Source: an uncultured delta proteobacterium (GTDB lineage Bacteria > Desulfobacterota > Desulfobacteria > Desulfobacterales > JAFDCJ01). From it: a stretch of DNA of 64,000 nucleotides. The stretch spans positions 64,001 to 128,000 of the forward strand of contig CAVYNY010000014.1 in the NCBI GenBank assembly GCA_963769935.1, written 5' to 3'. Below, in pieces: positions 57,922 to 64,000 of the stretch. The position numbers were made by a program, and so were the translations under genes. Under the pieces are notes generated by a model. It saw only the letters and a list, made by a program, of their open reading frames with translations, was not told the DNA's origin and did not search any database. Position 1 is the first letter of the stretch. Every line of letters starts with the position of its first letter.

Positions 57922-59170
57922 CTATTCTGCGTGCAGTTGTTCGTAGCGAATCGGCCAGCTATAGGGCGGCGCTTCGTTTCTCAGAAGATAGGGTACAATG
58001 ACGGCCTTGAGTCTTTTGCCCCTGATCTCGATTTCAATTTCATCGCCTTCCACCAGCCGGCTGTCCACCAGCGCCAACCCAATGGCCCTCATTTTCTTAT
58101 CTTCGCTCTGAACCGTTGCAAGCCCCACCCCTTGGCTCTGCCAGTAGGGAACCATGGTGCCGCTGGTTACATATCCCACCGGCTCGGCGCCGCGATATAC
58201 CACGGCTCCGGCCCGGGCAACACCTTTGTCCAGCAGTTCGATGGGCTGAATCAGATGGGGCAGGTTTTCAATCGAAGGAGTAGTCGCGATCGACAATTTT
58301 TTTATAGGCCTCAAATTGTTCGGCTAAAGGCTGCCTGCCGACAAATTCGCCCTTGAGCGGTGAAAGGCTTACGGCAAAACGCGCCAGACTGCAGGCAAAA
58401 ATCGGGATGAGACGCCCCGCCGGATCAAGACCCAGTTCGTGGCCGTAGAGCGGCAAGCCGGCCTCCAGCCGCAGGGTATCGCGCGCCCCCAGACCCACCG
58501 GCCCGGCACCTTTTTGTACGAGCAAATCCCAAATCTGCAGCGCATCCCCACGTTCCATGAACAGCTCAAAACAAATCGGTTCACCGGTATAGCCGGTGCG
58601 GGCGACCAGGACCCGGCTGCCGCTTATAGCAACGGTGCTCAGAGCATTTCTGAGCGGTTCCGGCAGCTTGCCGCCGTCAATGATGTCGGCCAGAATTTCT
58701 TTGGCCAGCGGCCCCTGCAGACTCAGCATGGCCATTTCCATGGTGCGGTCGGCTATGTCCACCCGACCGAATTGATCTTTGAAGGCCCGCAGGTGGTTCC
58801 AGTCCTTTTCACGATTGGCGGCGTTGACCACCAACAGGTATTCATCCGCCACAAAGCGGTACAGATAGGCATCATCGACCGCCCCTCCGTTTTCATCCGG
58901 AATCATGGTATACTGGCCTTCTTCGACTTCGATGGCGGCCGCATTGTTGGTCAGCACGTGCTGCAGAAAATCCAGCGCAGCAGGACCGGAGACAACAAAC
59001 CGTCCCATGTGGGATACATCGAATAGACCGGCCTTTTTACGGGTATTGAGGTGTTCCTGGACAATGCCGGTTTCATATTGCACCGGCATATCCCAGCCGC
59101 CGAATTCCACCATCTGGGCACCCAGGCTGACATGCTTTTCGTAAAATACGGTTTTGAGCAGCTCTTCCAT
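57922..59170 (-). CDS. gcvT: Glycine cleavage T protein (aminomethyltransferase), split by an apparent +1 frameshift near 58270
   Basis: GGAG RBS before MEELLKT; FGGWDMPVQY, FDVSHMG, RTGYTGE, GARDTLRLEAG. The C-terminal domain (GYVTSG, AIGLALV) lies in the +1 ORF 57922..58314. Confidence 0.9.
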
Positions 59171-59225
59171 GTTAATCTCCCTTATCGGCTGAAGTTTTGG
59201 AAAGGCAAATAGTTCGAAGAAGGTT

Positions 59226-59254
59226 AGAATAAATAAAAGCGACCGCTGTGTCAA
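59226..59254 (-). promoter_or_regulatory. Sigma70 promoter of gcvT
   Basis: TTGACA-N17-TATTCT; supports the start at 59170 rather than 59254. Confidence 0.6.
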
Positions 59255-59523
59255 ATAAATATCCAGCCCCTGTATGCCAAGGCCTCAGATCGCTTCGACC
59301 GCAGAGAAATAAAAAATTTAATTGACACATTAACGGTATAGCTATTAGAATTTATTTAAAAACTAATCATTTTACCCAACGGGGGCGCAATACCGGCCCA
59401 AAGCGGATTTTGTGCTGGGCCCATTTTGCTGTTAATTCAGAAATAATACAGGCTCTTAATGCATATCGTATATATAAAAACCCTTCAATATTCAAACCGC
59501 AATCACAAGATAGGAGCCCGGGT

Positions 59524-60075
59524 ATGATAGCTTCGGACCCGACTCTGGGTAAATTCGGCATCACGGCACGCTTGTTTAACCTGGTAAGCGAAATGCCCAA
59601 AGACCAGCAGTTGATCCTATTAAAACAATTGGTGGGCCATAAGGTCAGCTCTCATTTATATAAATTGATTGTGGATATGACCGAAGAGCAGCAGATCATC
59701 CTTTTGGAGCAAATGGGCCAGTCGCCCCAGGTGGAATTACCCGTTAAAACGGTGAGCATCGAGGAATCCAGTGCCTCGATGCGGGAACATCCGCGCAAAC
59801 CATGCCTGATAAATGCCAATTACAGGATTCAAGATCGCACGTATAAGAGCTATATATTGGATATCAGCATCGGGGGCGTCTTCATTGAATCCAGTGACAA
59901 ATTTCCCGTCGGCAACGATGTGGTGCTGAAATTCTCTTTGCACAATCAACAACAGCCGCTCACCTTCAGCGGGAAAATTGCCTGGAGCACCAGCAAAGGT
60001 TTTGGTGTCAAGTTTGAAAATATCAGCGTGCAGCAAAGCGATATCTTAAAAACCTTTATCGCCCAAAAAGAGTAA
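59524..60075 (+). CDS. PilZ domain protein
   Basis: AGGAG RBS; REHPR (RxxxR), DISIGG (DxSxxG), GFGVKF. Confidence 0.9.
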   Translation: MIASDPTLGKFGITARLFNLVSEMPKDQQLILLKQLVGHKVSSHLYKLIVDMTEEQQIILLEQMGQSPQVELPVKTVSIEESSASMREHPRKPCLINANYRIQDRTYKSYILDISIGGVFIESSDKFPVGNDVVLKFSLHNQQQPLTFSGKIAWSTSKGFGVKFENISVQQSDILKTFIAQKE

Positions 60076-60088
60076 GAGCGGAGGGACT

Positions 60089-60649
60089 ATGAAATCGGGC
60101 CGCATTTTGTTGATTCTGGTGCTGATCATCTTTGGGGTTTCAGCCGTGCACGCCGAAGTTTACACCTGGACCGATAAAGATGGGATCAGGCATTACGGCG
60201 ATTCCCCGCCCGAGGATGCGAAAGATGCCAAAGCTATGTTTCCGGAATATAAGTATGATGAATCGGCGGATAAAAAGCGGACGGAACAGGAGCAGGAACA
60301 GCTGAAATCATTGATCGAGGAGACTAAAAAAGAGGATGCCGCGGCTCAGGCCGAAGAAAGAAAGCGAGTTGAAGAAGCTGAAAAGAATCGCAAACCCACC
60401 CGGCAGGAGCTCATTGATGCTGAAAAGGAACGGCTGGAAAAAAGAATTGCGTATCTCGAAGAACAGCCTTTGGAGTTCTTTGGATCCCAAAAAAATAAAA
60501 CCGTCCGCATTGGGTATTACCGCTACCGTCTGCAGGCATTGCTGGAGGACCCGGATAAATATTTCAGCCAGCCGGCATCATTTGAAGGCAATCGCAAAGA
60601 TCCAATTGGAAACGCACCGACGGCGGCTTCGGGCGCAGCCGGATACTGA
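60089..60649 (+). CDS. DUF4124 domain exported protein
   Basis: Signal peptide; AEVYTWTDKDGIRHYGDSPP. Confidence 0.88.
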   Translation: MKSGRILLILVLIIFGVSAVHAEVYTWTDKDGIRHYGDSPPEDAKDAKAMFPEYKYDESADKKRTEQEQEQLKSLIEETKKEDAAAQAEERKRVEEAEKNRKPTRQELIDAEKERLEKRIAYLEEQPLEFFGSQKNKTVRIGYYRYRLQALLEDPDKYFSQPASFEGNRKDPIGNAPTAASGAAGY

Positions 60650-60814
60650 CGGGGCGGAAAGTTGCAAAATTTGGTCCGGTGCATTTGACATCGGTTATTT
60701 TCATCATGGCAGGGGAGGCAAATCGATCCTGTTGGAATAAAGGAACAACTGTTGAGTCTCGGTTTGGCAGGGTTAGGTATTTTAAGGGTATCTTATCAAA
60801 CAGGGAGAAATTTT

Positions 60815-61231
60815 ATGAAACGATTTTTAGTATGGTCCGGCGCGTGTTTGGCAATCGTGTGTTTGTGCTTACTGGTACCGCTTTCGATCCAGGCCCAGCT
60901 GGCCGGGGACGTGACCGTCACTACAGCTGTCATCTGCAAAAACGTTGTCGATCGTCAGCCGGTGGAACCGGGCACAAGTTTCCCGGTTTCGGTCGGCAGG
61001 CTCTATTGCTACACAAAAATCGATAATATCAAAAACGCTGAAAACATCGTGCAAGCGTGGTATTACGGAGACACCCAGCGCGCCTTGGTATCGCTGAACA
61101 TCAATCCACCAAGCTGGCGCACCTACAGTTCAAAAATCATTCAGCCCCACGAAATTGGCGCTTGGCGCGTTGAAATCCTCGACACAAGCGGAAATTTGCT
61201 GAAAACCGTTCGGTTTGAAATCACACCCTGA
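60815..61231 (+). CDS. DUF2914 domain exported protein
   Basis: Signal peptide; VVDRQP, LYCYT, WRTYSSK, GAWRVEI. Confidence 0.85.
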   Translation: MKRFLVWSGACLAIVCLCLLVPLSIQAQLAGDVTVTTAVICKNVVDRQPVEPGTSFPVSVGRLYCYTKIDNIKNAENIVQAWYYGDTQRALVSLNINPPSWRTYSSKIIQPHEIGAWRVEILDTSGNLLKTVRFEITP

Positions 61232-61265
61232 AAATAGATCCGACGCTTATCGATCGCAGCAAGGG

Positions 61266-61290
61266 CCGCCCCGTGTCTCACACGGGGCGG
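61266..61290. terminator. GC-rich hairpin after the DUF2914 gene
   Basis: CCGCCCCGTGT-CTC-ACACGGGGCGG perfect 11-bp stem; no clear U-tract. Confidence 0.45.
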
Positions 61291-61522
61291 ATTGAGCGTG
61301 CCTGCCCCCGGCCGGTTATTCTGTCGCCGGGCGGAATGAGGCCGGAGGACGTCCGTATGAAAATTTGGAAACATCGCCTGGATTTACAAACTGGAATAAC
61401 CTCAAGTTTTTCATTCGCCAACCGATATACCGACATACGTTTCAGAATTCACGCATTCGACGACTCCAATCGGGCCATTCTTTTAAATTGGGGTTATTTC
61501 AGGTAGTTGATCGGAGGTTTTT

Positions 61523-63019
61523 ATGCCAATTGCCAACATGCTGAGCATAACGTCAAACCCTTTTCTGTCCATGATGATATGGATCTTTTTGCTGCTGGCC
61601 GCACTCCATTTTGCCCGCAAACCCTTTCATCGGGCGGTGAGCAGTCTCGGAAAAATTATCCATAACGCCATGCGGCTGACGGCGGCCGGTGTACTTTCAG
61701 CTGAAAAAAGCCTGCTTCGGCGCAATCGCGAAGTGCTGCTGGCGGCCGGACTGGAAAAGGCCGAACGTTTAGTCGAAAGGGAATTCGACCGCATTAATGT
61801 AGCCGTGGTCAGGGATCTGGAAGGCTTTCCGAATGTTCAGCGCCAGCTGGTGGAACTGATCACCCGTCTGGATGAGGACTACAGCCGGAGTGCCGATTTG
61901 CCGCCCTCGCTGCCGAACTGGCTGCCGGTCATCGAATCGATCGCAAATATCAAACACAGCGGGGATTCAATGGTCGCCAACATGTTGGGTGAAATCAATC
62001 GATCTCTGTCCGAGCAGCACAAATCCGCCATTGACAACTACCGCAACGCCAACGCCCAACGCCATGCTATTTTGAACAAGCTGCTGCCGGTATGGCGCAG
62101 GGTACAGAAAATGCTCAGCACCGTCGGCAAATCCGTCGGCAACCTGAACCAGCGGGCCCGAAGTATCGACCGTTATATGGATGAGTATGAGCAGATCCGT
62201 TTGCAGACGGATAAAGCTGCCCGGATGCTCTCATCTTCTTCGCTGGCACAATTTTTTATTGCCGGTGTGTTTCTGATGATCGCCTTTGGCGGTGCTCTGA
62301 TCAACTTCAACCTGATTGCGATGCCCATGGCTGCGATGGTCGGCGTTGCCAGCCGCATCGGACCCTACCAGACATCGGATATTGCGGCCCTGTTTATTAT
62401 CCTGACCGAATTGACGATGGGGCTCTTTTTGATGGAATCACTGCGAATAACGCGCTTGTTTCCGGTCATCGGCGGCATGGATGATAAAATGCGCCATCTG
62501 ATAATGTGGGTAACCTTCGTCCTGTTGGCCGTCCTGGCCGGAGTTGAATCAGCCCTGGCGATTATGAGTGATCAGATTGCACAAAATATGGCAGCGTTGC
62601 GCCAGACCCTGGCGGCCGGACTTGAGCCGGGCCCCATGGTGAACAGCATGATCCCTACCATCGGACAGATGATTATCGGCTTTGTCCTGCCTTTTGCGCT
62701 GGCATTTGTGTCCATCCCGCTGGAATCATTTGTTTCATCTACCCGTATGGTGCTTGGAATCGTTGTCGCCGCCGGCCTGAGATCTATCGCTTTTTTGCTC
62801 CGCTTGATTGGAAACGCCGGATATTACACCGCGCGCTTGGTGGTCAACCTGTATGATTTGCTGATCTTTCCAAGCATATGGCTGGAAGGCGTGATTGTGG
62901 GCTCCAGAACGAAAAGCAAACCTGCTTCCGACAAACAACTTTTTGAAGACAGCGCCGTTGCCGAAAAAACAGTTGACAATTTCAAGGGCGCCGTTGATTA
63001 TAAAGAGCATCCGGACTGA
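61523..63019 (+). CDS. Hypothetical membrane protein (N-terminal TM, long helical region, multi-TM C-terminus)
   Basis: GGAGG RBS; 498 aa; no family recognised. Confidence 0.85.
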   Translation: MPIANMLSITSNPFLSMMIWIFLLLAALHFARKPFHRAVSSLGKIIHNAMRLTAAGVLSAEKSLLRRNREVLLAAGLEKAERLVEREFDRINVAVVRDLEGFPNVQRQLVELITRLDEDYSRSADLPPSLPNWLPVIESIANIKHSGDSMVANMLGEINRSLSEQHKSAIDNYRNANAQRHAILNKLLPVWRRVQKMLSTVGKSVGNLNQRARSIDRYMDEYEQIRLQTDKAARMLSSSSLAQFFIAGVFLMIAFGGALINFNLIAMPMAAMVGVASRIGPYQTSDIAALFIILTELTMGLFLMESLRITRLFPVIGGMDDKMRHLIMWVTFVLLAVLAGVESALAIMSDQIAQNMAALRQTLAAGLEPGPMVNSMIPTIGQMIIGFVLPFALAFVSIPLESFVSSTRMVLGIVVAAGLRSIAFLLRLIGNAGYYTARLVVNLYDLLIFPSIWLEGVIVGSRTKSKPASDKQLFEDSAVAEKTVDNFKGAVDYKEHPD

Positions 63020-63188
63020 AGGAAATCACCCAATCGCTCATCTCCGGTTAGGCCATCCATTGACTTGAAAATGATTCTTGGCCAAAGTCCCAAGGCTGCC
63101 TTTAGTCTAAATCCCTAATTCGATTTGTAATCCCGAATTTTTTATAGTAATTGTGGAGCAGCTGTTCTCAAAGGCGGGAGGATATGGA

Positions 63189-64000
63189 TTGAGCATGCAG
63201 AAAGCCGGCGATGTCGCGCGTTACAAATCACCGTTTGCCATTCGAAATGTTCGATTGTTTATCGCCTTTCGGCTCTTTTTTAACGCCCGGTTTTATTATC
63301 CGGTCTTCACCATCCTATTTTTGGATTTCGGATTGACCCTCGAGCAGTTTGCGCTGCTGAATGCCGCCTGGGCTGCGGCTATCGTGTTATTAGAGGTGCC
63401 TTCGGGGGCCCTGGCGGACACTTTTGGACGGCGGAACTTATTGGTGGTGACGGGTGTTTTGATGGTGATCGAAATCGCCCTGCTCTGTTTTGTCCCGTTG
63501 GGAAATCCCGGTTTGCTTTTTGCGGTGTTTCTGGCTAATCGGGTTTTAAGCGGGGCGGCCGAGGCGGCCGCAAGCGGAGCGGATGAGGCGATTGCCTATG
63601 ATTCTCTGAAAAAAGAGGGTGATGCGCGCGACTGGCCGCGGGTCCTGGAAAAGCAAATGCGGGTGCAATCCATTGGATCCATTGGGGCCATGAGCATCGG
63701 CGCAGCCGTTTATGATCCGGCTTTGATGCAGCAGGCGGCGGATACGCTGGGGTTAAGGCTTCATTTGACCCAGGCGATTACCCTGCGCTTTCCGCTGTAT
63801 CTCACCCTTATCTTTGCGGTTATTACCCTGCTGACGACTTTGCGCATGCAGGAGCCGTTGCTGCCCGACCCCGCGGGTGGTTCGGCTGTGCAAGGCAGCC
63901 GATCCATTGTTCAGGCCTTTAAATTGACCCTGCAGGCCGGCAGTTGGATTTTGCGGACGCCCTTTGCGCTGGTGATCATCCTCGCCGGTTTGATTTTTGA
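63189..64000 (+). CDS. MFS transporter, 5' part (runs off window)
   Basis: Not in the ORF track. GGGAGG RBS; NVRLFIAFRLFFNARFYYPVF...LEVPSGALADTFGRR...ASGADEAIAYDSL. Confidence 0.9.
   Translation, partial: MSMQKAGDVARYKSPFAIRNVRLFIAFRLFFNARFYYPVFTILFLDFGLTLEQFALLNAAWAAAIVLLEVPSGALADTFGRRNLLVVTGVLMVIEIALLCFVPLGNPGLLFAVFLANRVLSGAAEAAASGADEAIAYDSLKKEGDARDWPRVLEKQMRVQSIGSIGAMSIGAAVYDPALMQQAADTLGLRLHLTQAITLRFPLYLTLIFAVITLLTTLRMQEPLLPDPAGGSAVQGSRSIVQAFKLTLQAGSWILRTPFALVIILAGLIF

Noticed and set aside
3431..57924. TAG read as pyrrolysine, or TAGG as a quadruplet codon (TAGG occurs at both the 3431 and 57924 breaks, and an MttB-family gene is present)
   Set aside because: The downstream frames are +1, not in frame. 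TAG ends many complete genes here, including TAGG at the natural end of the GS-like gene (20574) and at 28330 and 38163.
63184..63192. Two-codon ORF ATG GAT TGA after a strong RBS
   Set aside because: The same RBS is well spaced for the in-frame TTG at 63189 of the MFS gene, so no leader peptide is needed.
1..64000. tRNA, rRNA, prophage, transposase or integrase genes
   Set aside because: None recognised by eye; a covariance-model scan would be needed to exclude small RNAs.

Overview
This is a gene-dense chromosomal segment whose gene content points to a Desulfobacterales-like deltaproteobacterium (Desulfobacterota); the taxonomy is an inference. It holds about 55 CDS: an MttB-family methyltransferase fragment, tandem PAS histidine kinases, an RND efflux pair, a fused HisH-HisF, a GS-like ligase with a class II amidotransferase, an EHD/dynamin-like NTPase operon with a PlsB-like acyltransferase, a 2-oxoacid oxidoreductase operon with a GltD-delta fusion, a GcvT/SHMT locus, and housekeeping and hypothetical genes. 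I saw no rRNA, tRNA, CRISPR array, transposase or integrase. The most notable observations are: (1) several genes break by the same +1 shift at or just before a stop codon, which is either recoding or sequencing error; (2) a predicted sigma54-preceded dynamin/acyltransferase operon; (3) a predicted gamma-glutamylation/deglutamylation module; (4) a FeeM/LuxI-like acyltransferase facing a duplicated sensor kinase; (5) a solitary attC-like site; (6) a possible UGA/SECIS on an FmdB zinc-ribbon gene; (7) several families of intergenic REP/MITE-like elements. All product calls come from motif recognition, not database searches.
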